Source: Podarcis vaucheri
Lineage: Eukaryota
Reading direction: 5' to 3' (one strand)
Assembly: GCA_965113315.1 (NCBI GenBank)
Contig: OZ220368.1
Length of the DNA stretch: 64,000 bases
Every line of letters starts with the position of its first letter. Position 1 is the stretch's first letter. The notes under the pieces are model-generated. The model had not been told where the DNA came from. It saw nothing but the letters and a program-made list of their open reading frames with translations, and ran no database searches. Positions 13,949 through 25,342 of the stretch are shown piece by piece. Made by a program: the position numbers and the translations under genes.

Positions 13949-14559
13949 GTCTTTTGAGACCAGGGGTATAGAGAAATAGACTTAAAACTATTCTGTATCT
14001 CCTATGCTCAAAAATGTTATGAAATCATACAATCGGTTCCAGAGGTGTGCAACAGTAGAAATGCAGCTACCAAGGACTTTGAAATAACAGAAAAGGTAAA
14101 AGAGTAAAGGAACAATATCCAGCACTGCACAAAAGAATAAGTGGGCACTCTCTCCAGACAGAGATAATAATCTCACATCATAGAGTCGTTTTGACAGGCC
14201 TGATAGAGGATAACAAGAGATTGCTTTCTAAAACGGACAAAATTGAAAATAAATCCAGGATTAGGCATTTTAGAATTACTGTTGTCCCAGAGGGGATGGA
14301 GCCCTCCAGTTGTTCTTAGGCAAGGGGAGGCGCGGTTAACTAAGCTTGTGCAGTTGTCTGATTTAGATCAAGTGCTTTCAGGAAGAAGATTCTTAAGGGT
14401 GGGAAGGAATCCTCAGCTCCAGCCATGCCATAAATCCTTTTGATTGTCTTTGGATACCAGGCAGTTCATAATACAGTCCTCAAAGCTGCTGGAGTCACCT
14501 GAGGGGTACAATCGGTTGAAGACTGGGGAAAGCTGTAAATGTGATAATGAAGTTCAAAA

Positions 14560-14800
14560 GCATGAGGCTGGTAATGAAAGGCCAAAGGAACTGTGCGCAT
14601 ACGGCTTAGAGATAAGAAAATGAAGGGAACATAGTAGTATTCAAATGCGATAAAAGACTCCCACAGTGAAGGAGAGCAAATGTTTTCCTGTTCAGCTTTA
14701 GGTTGGACATTACATGTATCTATATATGAAAATCTGTACCAAGTATGCAGTAACAGTCTGCATGAAAATGTAGATTCTTCTTCCCCGGAGGTACTGACAA
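14560..14800 (+). mobile_element. Degenerate CR1 LINE 3' fragment
   Basis: gagataagaaaatgaagggaacat...aggttggacatta...gattcttcttccccggagg resembles the CR1 ORF2 end and 3' UTR. Confidence 0.5.
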
Positions 14801-15004
14801 CCTAATTTTTTTTGATGGAGGAAAGCCACATGTCATAACACAGAGCCTTGGGCAGCCTTAAGAGAGTCAGGAGTATGCAACCAGACCTGAAGACGAAGTC
14901 TTTCTAGTAGGAACGGCAGTGGCTTGGAGTGCTTGGTATGTTTGAAAGGGAGAAATGAATCTTATATGCCTCTACATTCTTTTAATGTCTGATGTTTTAT
15001 TGCT

Positions 15005-15086
15005 TTATTATTATTATTATTATTATTATTAATTCTGTTGGGAGCCACCTAGAGTAGCTGGGGAAACCCAGCCAGATGGGCAGGGT

Positions 15087-15118
<32 letters not shown>
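15005..15118 (+). repeat. LINE (L2-like) 3' tail flanked by (TTA)9 and (TAA)10
   Basis: gggagccacctagagtagctggggaaacccagccagatgggcagggta core; an inverted copy of the same core lies at about 54255-54315. Confidence 0.7.
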
Positions 15119-15122
<4 letters not shown>

Positions 15123-15339
15123 TTTTATGGTTTCGATCAAAATTCTCTTCTGGTTTCCATCTGCCCACCCCACTGCCTCTACTCTTCAGAAGCCCCACCC
15201 ACCAACTCCCTGCCCCAAGAACACACTCCTCCTTTCCTACCCCTGGCACCAGAGGTTGGCATAGTTGGGCACTTGCCTCAGGTCTTGGAAGGGCCTATTG
15301 CCAGCACTACTTAGCTCATTCTCTGGGTCCCACTTGGTA

Positions 15340-15665
15340 CTGCAATGCAGGAATTGCAACTAAAGAATCCCTGACAGATAGCCATCCAACTTCTGTTTTA
15401 AAAAGAACCTCCAAGGAAATAGATTCTACACTCTCCAAGGTAGTCTGTTCCACTGCCAGCTGCCAGCTCTTGCTGTCAGAAAGTTCTTCTGATGTTTAGT
15501 TAGAATCTCATTTCCTGCAATTTGGATCCATTGGTTTGGATCCCTCTGGAGCAGGAGAAAAGAAGCTTGCTCCATCTTCTATGTGACAGCCCTTCATGTA
15601 TATTTTAAGATGGCTATGAAATCACCTTTCAGTCTTCTCTTTACCAGGTTACACATACCCAACTG
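15340..15665 (-). mobile_element. CR1 LINE 3' fragment
   Basis: gtcagaaagttcttctgatgtttag...ctctggagcaggagaaaagaagcttgctccatcttc; homologous to 62970-63170. Confidence 0.8.
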
Positions 15666-15871
15666 TGAGGTGATTCACAGGTGAGAGGCATTGTTCACTT
15701 TTCGGACTTGTCCTGCTGGACAAATCCAGTTCTTCACCCTTGATATAGTGGATGTAATTAGGTTATGATGCTATAAAGATATATGACCAAATGATGATCA
15801 CTCAAGGGAACTAAAGTCAGTTAAAGCAAGTGAGGGCAATGACAATATGTATATTTCTCAAGGACTGTAAA

Positions 15872-15897
15872 GTGTGTGTGTGTGTGTGTGTGTGTGT
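15872..15897. repeat. (TG)n microsatellite
   Basis: About 13 units. Confidence 0.95.
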
Positions 15898-18021
15898 AGA
15901 AAATTCTGAAATGGATTCAAAACTACATAAAACAATAGACTTTTGATGAAAGCTTTTGTTCTCATCAGTAATTATTCATTTCCCAAGAATTCAATTAGTG
16001 AGGTGGTTTCTTTCAGCTAGTCTCATAAGCAGGGTTTGGGCTTGTGAAAAATGTGAAATCTATCTCACAGCTATCCATAAAATGGCTGTTCTGCCACCTT
16101 CATTTCAGGATCAGCTCTCAGTAAGCTGCCTCCATAGTATGTGAATATTAAATATTGCCTTATGTATGCAACTTGGGTGCACTGTTTACCACAGAAGAGG
16201 AAAAAAAGCATTCAGTACACAGTATAAACCACCACAGTTGGCAATGAGAGTTTATAGGGACCTTTGGAAAATACGTTGGACTCTGGATTATAGCTATACA
16301 ATTCCCCATCTTCTGAATTATTAAAAAGTGTGCAGATAATACTGGAGCACAGCTCTTTTATGGAAACCTTGCATTGGGATGTGACTAGAGGGTTACTGAG
16401 CAATACGGTGGGTTTCCGTACAGACTCTTGTCTAATGCCACATTTGAAAATTGTATGCTTGACTTAAAAGGGAAATTTGTTCTGGCTGAGCTATATATGT
16501 ACACTCCAGTTTTTTTGTCAGGGAAGAAAAATACTGCCCTACACATTTTAATAAGTAGATTAGAATGGATCCAAAGAGGTAAGTCAAGTCTGTTATGTAA
16601 ATTTTTGTGCGAGATACCCGCTGTGCATAGCAAAATGCTTATGGAAATGCTTTGAAAAGAATTATTCTACATTTGGGTAGCTAAAAGAGAATCCTTTGGA
16701 TTTGAATTTCCTCACAATGAGAAAGATATTAGATTTCTGTCTGGATTATCCATGCCAATTAAAAACTTTAATTACTGCTTCACTTTAGTGTTGTGCATGG
16801 GGGGGGGGAGCAGTAGAAGCTGGTCCTATTTTTAATATTGCTTTGGCTTTCAACAAAATGACAATTTATTGTTTTGACAATTTGTGCAAATTCCGTTTTA
16901 GATTTCCCTCCCCCACCCCATGGTAAATCACACAAGTTGGGATTTTACTTGATATATTGACACGAGCTGAGTAGTAGCAAAGAGGCCACGTTTCCACATT
17001 ATGGCTTGAAATTGAATAGGTTATCAATTATTTTAAATGTTATGCTTTCTGGGGGGAAACCTAACTAACAGCAGTAGAACACCAGTTACAAGAGCAGAAC
17101 GTGGCACAAATGAAAAATTAAGTGAAGGGATAAATAAATAAATATCCAATTTATAATTGTTGTTTTGTGATCTCCATATTATATATATTTTGTCATGCAC
17201 TACTCTGGGTTTGAAGGGAGGAATATAAATTTAATAAATACATTTCATGAATAAATGAATGGATAATAAGAATATGGCAGAGCCACATGTGCAAGCTCTT
17301 TATATCTGGCTGTAACCCTTGCTTCCAGCTAGGAGGAAAGGACTGCATTCTTGGCCTTCTCCATAGGGATCAGGGCTTCCAAATGTGGTTATGGTGATAT
17401 AGGCAGAAGGCCTTGTGAAATACATCCTGTGTTGCTTTACTTGCGGATGAATGCAAGTTTAGGGGGTGATCTCCACAGAACAATATGTCACTTTTCAAAC
17501 CCTCAGATTTGTATGGAGATGGAAGCAAGGCTTGGATTGACAAACTCCGAAGAATTATCTGTGGAGGTTGCAAAGTAGAGTAAAATTATAATATTACTTT
17601 TATGAGCCAAGCTAACAAGTGGAAAGAAAATATCAGGATTTATATTAGTTATGAGGCATGTACCCCCTATTTGCTTTATGTGTTGAAAAAGGCAGATTAT
17701 TTATTGCTACGTCACTGTGCCAGCACTGTAAAATATAAGGTGAAAATAAATAATCTCTCTATTGGAATGCCTCCCACTCATACCTCTTTAAATTATGACA
17801 TGGTATTTAAGATTTATACATTTTCTTATCAATGAAGACTTTTAAATAAGAAGCAAAATGTTCACAATATTTTCTCTTTTAAATACCTTTAGTAATGTAA
17901 ACTAAACAGCATTCTAGCAATTATGGTAAAGTATTAGGCTCATATCTTTTTGAATACACATAGTATTTAAACTTTGAATCTACCTTAGGTGAAGCAAGAA
18001 ATGAAGTTAAATATCTCTAAT

Positions 18022-18147
18022 CAGTGCTATTTTCTAGAAAAAGAGGTACCAGAACTCACCACGAAGCCTTCCCTTATTCTGATATAATGGCAATGGCCTA
18101 CCTGAGAGGTGCCGGAACTGAATTCTGGCTGGGAAAAAAATGCCCTG
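18022..18147. mobile_element. hAT-like MITE, diverged
   Basis: Termini CAGTGCTATTTT and aaaaaaatgccctg, with an internal repeat gaggtRccRgaact. TSD is weak. Confidence 0.55.
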
Positions 18148-18529
18148 GTTCTAACACAGTGAAGTTGCTCAAGGCTCTCAAATGATGGCTAGAACTTTTA
18201 AACACTTTTCAAAGGAAACTAAGGAAACAGAGAAGCCTGCTTCTTCTCAGTATCTGCACTACAATCTACAAAGGGAATTGTTTTTATGGCTCTAGTGGTG
18301 ATGAAGAGGCCTCTTTCAGTAAATGACCCCAGCTGCCTTTCTGTTGCACAGCAGCTTGGCATTTTGAAGAGCCTGCAGCTGCCACTGGTGGAAATGGCAG
18401 GTCAGATTATCCAAGGCAAAAAGGGCAAAAGGAGTAAGATGCGTAGGAAAGTAAGACTGGGAGTAGAAGTGCTGGAAGAGGACAGGTGGGTGGAACAGGG
18501 GGGTGGGGAGAGTGCTGTTGTGTTCAGGC

Positions 18530-18676
18530 CCTGTTTGTGGGCTTCCCCCAGGCATCTGGTTGGCCACTGTGAGGACATAATGCGGGGTTAGATGGGTCAT
18601 TGGCCTGATGGGTCATTGGCCTTAGTTTATCATATTGGGCATATTGGGTAGCATATTGGGAAAGCATATTGGGAAA
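18530..18676 (+). repeat. LINE 3'-end-like fragment with local tandem duplications
   Basis: ggcatctggttggccactgtg motif, a 16-bp duplication gatgggtcattggcct (x2) and catattggg (x4). Confidence 0.55.
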
Positions 18677-20039
18677 GACCAGGTTGGTAAATACGGCAAG
18701 GATCTGCCAGGAGGAAAGGAACCTGAAAGTCACATAAAACCTTCTATTACAGGCATGCAGCTAAACATTTAGTGAGTTATTTTGAATTTCTTAAAAGTTT
18801 AAATATACTGCATGGTGATAAGTTTAACATGAGCATATCATGTATAATAGCTAGCTTGTTTAAAGTGCTATGGGTATCTGGAAATTGTGAATGTGGACAA
18901 GGTACATTTTGGGGTGATGCTCCCCCCTTGGGTCTGCAATTCTGGTATGTTTTTGTGCCAATGAGACTAAGTGGTGTCCCTTGTATTGCTGCGTGAGAAA
19001 GCTGGATGAAGAAGAACATATTAAACTGGCACAGCTGCGTTGATGTTAGGCATGTCACAAGAGCACAAGCCTATATGGGTCTACTCAAAAGTAAGCGCTA
19101 CTGAATTCAGTGTGGCTTACTGAGTATGTGTAGGATTGGGTGCCTGTTAAAGAGGTTTGTAAATCTCTTCTACCGTTGGTAAGTAGAAGTGGGTGACTGG
19201 GCTCAAAGATACTGACCCATTTATATTATAATATTCAGCAGCTCCTGCCTTATTCTCCAAACCCACTCTTAGTTATTGTGGTTGGGGAGAGCCACATATA
19301 GTGAAACTGTCTCTCCACAACTGCCTTGGAAATAAGAATTTTTTAAAAGAAAAAAACCTAGACAATAACAACAGTTTAAGTTAAGCATCTTTTTCACTGA
19401 AAGAGGACTTCACCTTGTGACACCAAAATGGCTACTTTTCCAAATTTACCACAATGCATCATCTCATTAACTGAGCACCCTGCTGAATAATCTCCTGCTG
19501 ATATATAATGAGGATGTAGTGTGTGCTTCGGCTCAAAAGCTCCTTCGATGTCCGGAATATGTGTATCTCTGCATATGTATCGTCTGCCTGGGGACATGTT
19601 TGAGAGATTGCGTGTTCCTGTTTGTATTTGGAACGATCTGTCCGTAGCTCTCAAAAATGCTGTTTGTTGCTTCACACTTATGTAGCCCAATCCCATGCAA
19701 TATTTACTGAAATGTAAGGCTTAAACTGTTCATAGCACCTAATTCCCGGCTAAATGCTAGTAGTAGAGCTGCCTTAATTTTTCTTTTTTGTTGCCAATGG
19801 TATTTCTTTGTTGCTGTTGACATAACCTTAACAGAGGCAAGTAAAGAGATTCAGACTGCAATCCTATACCCTCTTACCTGGGAGGAAGTATATGTCATTA
19901 AACTGAATGGGACTCACTTCTAAGTAACACTGTATGACACTGGTTTCCATGCGTACAGCCCATGTTTAGTGTTTTCTTTAGTATGGTATATGTTGTCTAC
20001 TAAGCTCAGCATTCCCCATCTGTAAAATCAGTAAGGACT

Positions 20040-20840
20040 GCTTACCATTAACAGCGGGTTCCTATCTGCACACCTGACTGACTCCATCATCAGCCTTAGC
20101 TGGCCGCAGGGGTCAATGAGATTTACCACTGAATTTTATTTGAATTGGCCAATCATGGCCTTTTGGGTGAGCGGGGCTCTGGCGATGGACCCAGGCTTCA
20201 CTCTGGTCCACTGCCACAGCATTTAAACCAGCTGCGCTGGGAGCAGACAGCAGTCAGCATGAGACTGCTGCCCAGAGGTGAGTGGGCAGCACGCATGTAT
20301 CACCTTGTTGTGGAATTGATGAGTCACCATATTCAGGCCCAGGGAGGAATTCCCTTGCCCCAAAATTGGGCCTGCCTTGGGGTTTTGCCTTCCTCATAGC
20401 AACTGTCACAACGTTTTGGTGGAAAGAGGCATTGGATCGCATCCTTAGCCAAGGGGGTGGGTCCCACACCCTTTCTCCACAATCAAAATTACAGGATACC
20501 CCAATAAAGGAGTCCAGGGGGGAGGTTGTGTCCAAAGGCCCAGATAGGGGCCAGTGATCCATAGAACACCCCACATGGTGACCTGGTGGGTTTGCCCTAT
20601 TTGATTTGCATCATTTGGTGGTGGTAGTAGGGAGATTCCTTTAGCCCAGGATCCATGTTTGCTTTCCGATTGTGGTCCCGTTGTCATTTGGGTAGCATTG
20701 TGATATAGTATTTGGTAGTAGGTAGTAGACTTGTTGGAGGGCAGGGAAATAGCTGTCCACCTTAGGTGAAGTTGCTCTGCCACCAGACTTGCCACAAACT
20801 GGAGGGCTCCACCCATGGACATACCCCATATCTAGCAACA
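20040..20840 (-). mobile_element. Probable LTR/DIRS-type retroelement remnant
   Basis: GC-richer 0.8-kb block. Minus strand starts TGTTGCTAG and contains TTTAAAT, attggccaat and AATAAA. The overlapping ORFs carry no recognisable domain. Confidence 0.4.
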
Positions 20841-21629
20841 TTTCCTTTTAATGATCTTGGCTTTAAAAAATGCAATGGAATTTAATATTAATGACTTTTT
20901 AAAAAATAGTCCATATCTATTCATATCTGGCCTTAATGCCAGGTTTATATATTGCTGGATTGTTGGGAATTTTTTTGTACCTGTTCTAAGTCAGTGATGA
21001 GCAAGCAGTTTATACAAAGCTTAATTTCACAACTCCTACTGAGGACAAACTTTTACAGTAATTTCTGCCCACCTGTCATTTCACAATACGAGCTGCCCAT
21101 GCCTGCTTTTGCTCAAATGAGCAATGAATAATTCTTCTCGATAAACATTATAATTTCCCCTTCAATAGATTTGCAGTCCAACATAGCAATTGTTGTTTTA
21201 ATCTTTCAAGCTGTTTTATTTCATGCACCTAATAGAAACTCTGTCTCCTTCTGTTCTAAGCTCCCTTTGCATTTTCATTCCAAGCTACTTCTGATTGCCA
21301 TATCTTGTATTGAAATATTTATTACCAAGCCATCAAGTATTAACCGCTTAAAAATTATACTTTCTGAATAGAAGTAGCAGGCTTCTTGTTTAACTTTTTA
21401 TACATTCATTATTGTTTGCATGCTACAGAAGTGCCAATAACTCTCATGTGACTTTGCTGATAAAGCAAGATGGCCTTTTCCTTGAATTGCAATCTTTGTA
21501 CACTTATGAGTGGGTATATCTAATATTTCACCATAATTTGAGCAAGTATCCTCATGGAGCTTCCTGGCTTAAACCTGAGTCTCTGGCTGTGGGGATGGGA
21601 TTGCAAGGATATGGATAAACAAACACATA

Positions 21630-21850
21630 ATGAACATATGAAGCTGCCATTTGTCCGAAAACTTTTATGTTAAAGGTCAGGACAGAATATTTTTAAAATG
21701 CAATAAATAAAATCTAGTCCAGTGCTGTTCTGAGTAGCAGTGGACCCCTGGGTCTGAAGCAGAAAGGGGGCTTTTCCTAGCCCTGCAGCCAAAAGTTATT
21801 TTAACTGGAGATGCTTGGGACCTTCAGCAAAGCTGAATGCCTCTCCTCCA
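21630..21850 (-). mobile_element. Squam2-like SINE, diverged
   Basis: aacatatgaagctgcc tail and ctggagatgcttgggaccttc head are reverse complements of motifs in the 40595 copy. Confidence 0.5.
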
Positions 21851-22859
21851 GCAGTAAACTTCATCCAAACATTATGGGTTGCCTCTAACAAAGTCATCCC
21901 GTCAGTTCAAGAACTCCTACTATGGGCTCCCTCTCTCTCCCTTCTAGATTTGGGGGTGGGTGGAAGGCGCACAGGGAGAGGAAGTGCTGATGTGCAGGAG
22001 GAAGTCATTGTGCTAGTGGGACAACTGCACTGGATACAACTGTATTTTTTAATTTGGGGAGAGGGCATGAAAAACCCCTTCTGTTTCTGCTGAGACAATC
22101 TAGGGGAGTTGACAGCCTCCTAAGAAAAGGTCATGTTTCACTGGGACCATTGTCTGAGACATCTACCACAGCAGATGTGAAAAATTATGCTTCTTTGCCT
22201 ATACTGAAGTCAGGTAACTGTTAGTTGCATTTCTAGTATGGTGCCCCATTACTACATTCATGGCAACACATTATATTCCGACCGATGTAAGGCCAACATA
22301 CGAGGTTGTATGGAAATGAAGTGTTTTTTGTTTTTGTTTTTTTAAGATCCATAAGAACAGCATTACTAGAGCAGACCAATGTATCTCCTGGCCAGAGTCA
22401 ACTTATTGAACCAGCCCCTGGGACACATTTTGTTCTCCAATTGGCATGACGCCCTCATATAATAACTCCACTAGATTGCCTTCACTTAAAAGATTTGATG
22501 GTAAATTCATAAGTGCAGCTTCAGGGCATCATCACATTTTTCCAACTTAGAGTGTTGCAACAAGTGTCAGACATGTTATAAAAGTTTCCTGTGTGGCTAA
22601 ATTAGTGTTTGAATGTGCAACACTGGAAGACACTTGCCTCAAGTGAAACTTGCAAATAGCTCTGCCTTCAGTGTTAATAAAACCACATCCTCTTCCTGTT
22701 CCAGGCTGGAGTCTGTGGGTATATTCCAGTCAGATGTGGTGAAATGCAATAAAGGCAGATAAGAGTCAGGACCATGGAGAGCTCCCAAACTACAGGCTTA
22801 GGCCAGACATGAGACTCAGAGGCACTGGAAGCGTTTGGTGTTGACTGATACTTTTACAC

Positions 22860-22985
22860 CAGGGATAGAACACCTGTGGATCTCCAGGTGTCTTGGATTA
22901 CAACTCCCACAAGCCCCAGCCAGCTTTTGCCAGGGGTGGAGTCATGGTCCAAAAATGTATGGAGGACTATAGGTTCCCACCACTC
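22860..22985. mobile_element. Hairpin hAT-type MITE, diverged
   Basis: Same ggactacaactccca...gggagt family as 29672, 47580 and 54071. Confidence 0.6.
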
Positions 22986-25278
22986 CTTTATATAATCTGG
23001 CAAAGGAGTCTTGACTTCCTGGAAGGGAGCCTTCTTGGAGGATAAGGCATCTGTGTCCTCTTATGCAGACATGCACTCCAGCCGTTTTGGAAAAGCTTTT
23101 GTTCTTACTTGACTTAGGAGCATGGGTGTGTGTGTCCCTGGGTTGCCAGCAGCTTTAGAGAAAAGTAATTTGGAAACTAGGAGGAAGAGCAAATGTGCCT
23201 CATCCAGAAACAGAGATAGAAGCCTCACTGTCACATTGGGCTTCACTTCCATGGAAGCTTCTACTGGGGTCACTGCTCTGGAAGCTGCCTCCTGGGAGGT
23301 TTAAGATTTAGCAATTCTGACTCTGATTTCCCCCTTCCCCATATTTCCTAGTCTCTGTTTGAAACATAGGAATATGTAATATTACAAATGAAGAAAAACT
23401 CAAAAACTGTTACATAGTCACCTGAATGCACTGAAATGTGCAACAGATTCCCTCCAGGTGAAATGTTAAAGCAGGTGATGCGCCACATTTTTCAAAGTTG
23501 TTTCTATCTACATATCAGAAAAACAAATCCTCAGATGTGCAATGTCATTATTTGTCTGCTCTTCTTTGTTAAGATATTTGCCAGCTAGTAGTGTAGAATC
23601 AACACAGATAAAAACACGGTATAGGGTGTTGATTCTTTGGTATAAATCCTATCTTCACAAGGGTCATCTCTACTACCATAAGAAAGGACATTGCAATAGG
23701 GATACAGGGAATATGTAAAGCACCCCTGACATTTTTTTTAAAAAAGAACTTACTAAAACTCTTTGCTTCCTTCAAAATTCCTTGGGATTTCTTCTGTGCA
23801 GGAACCTTCAAGTTTACCATAAAATGTTGCTGTAGGTAAATTTGGTGGCAACCCTGGTCCCAGACCCTACCAGCTGTGCTTATTGAATGGACACTTTCAT
23901 CCCCTGCCCCCGACTAACAACAGGATAGCAGATAACACCCACTGTCAATCTTCAGTAACATCTTCCATCCATGCTGTCTATGGTTACAAATTTGCCTTGA
24001 ACGTTTCACATCAGTATTTCAGTAACAACTTTATATTGCAGAGGTCCATGGATGCATGTGATGAATTAGGTGTCCTGTGGCTTGTAATCTTAACATCAAA
24101 TTAAAATAGTAAGTAAAATCTGTAAAATAAGATATTGCATGAACATTATTGGCCCTTGAGGCATAATATTAATTAATAAATTAAATCAAATGGCAGCAAA
24201 CATATACAAAGGAACTAACCTAAACAGAATCCAGAATTCTGCAGATCTGGATGAGTTGTCAGATGCTGTAGCCCATTGCAGTAGCTTGCACAGAGACCTC
24301 CAGTTTTGCCAGGGCACACAGATGTTGTTATGCTGCACTGATACAGGAGGCCTCCTTGAAAGCATAATACAGATTTCTAACACCAGAAACCTCATAGGTA
24401 TATGAGGCATATAATAACATCTAGTTGAGCCTTGCAGAAGCAGATGAGAACTTGGCCTACAGGGGAATGTGCTGGAGGGATAGTTCTTGGGCAGAACCAG
24501 AGCTCTGTAAGGAATGTTTTAGACGTATCCGCAGCCACCAAGGAACCACTATGCATCCTATGCAATTGGCAGCTGTGTCTGAATGACCCAACCTTGTGAG
24601 CAGGGACAATTACTTAGATTCATGACAGAAGGCCAAATTTCAAATTGCCTTAGGTTGGTGTAACAGCAAGGACTCCTCTTCAATATGCATGTGCCTATTG
24701 TAAATACAGCTAGTGTTTGTAGGGTTCTCTGGGCAGGCCCATTCCCTTGACCATGACTTCACCCCAAAGGACCTTCCACACTATCCTTTGTTTCTGAGAT
24801 CAGCCTCACTGTCATTTTGCATATCCATCAAAGTACATTGACCCCAGTTATTGCATTTTGCTTGCTAGTAACACATAATCTCGTTCCCCTCCTCTTTCCT
24901 CTTGCCAATTAGGTTCCACTTATTCATTTGGTGTCTCTCACCATTCCTTCTGCCCCAGGCAAAAACATACTACCAATCCAATTTACATGCTGTTTGCTTT
25001 GCCAATTCTTCCTTCAGCAGAAGACTGCATAGTAATAAATATTTATATATTTTTTGCAATAAAACTACGTTTTGTTGATGTTAAGCTTTTGACTTTTATC
25101 CAAGTACTGATTTTCCAACATACTATTGTAAAATGTAACCTCTCCATTGCACACTGTCTCTGAACTAAATATCTCATTACATATGTTTGTTAATTTCATA
25201 TGCATGCTTAGATGCAAGTGTGACTGAGACCAGGGGTCCTTATATTTCCTTATTCTTACTATACATTGGACATAGCCA

Positions 25279-25282
<4 letters not shown>

Positions 25283-25332
<50 letters not shown>

Positions 25333-25342
25333 GCACACACAC
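25283..25342. repeat. Compound (TC)n(AC)n microsatellite
   Basis: Directly visible. Confidence 0.95.

Noticed and set aside
20145-20841. Overlapping ORFs as retroviral or novel genes
   Set aside because: No gag, pol, env or recombinase motifs; open frames are expected in GC-richer sequence.
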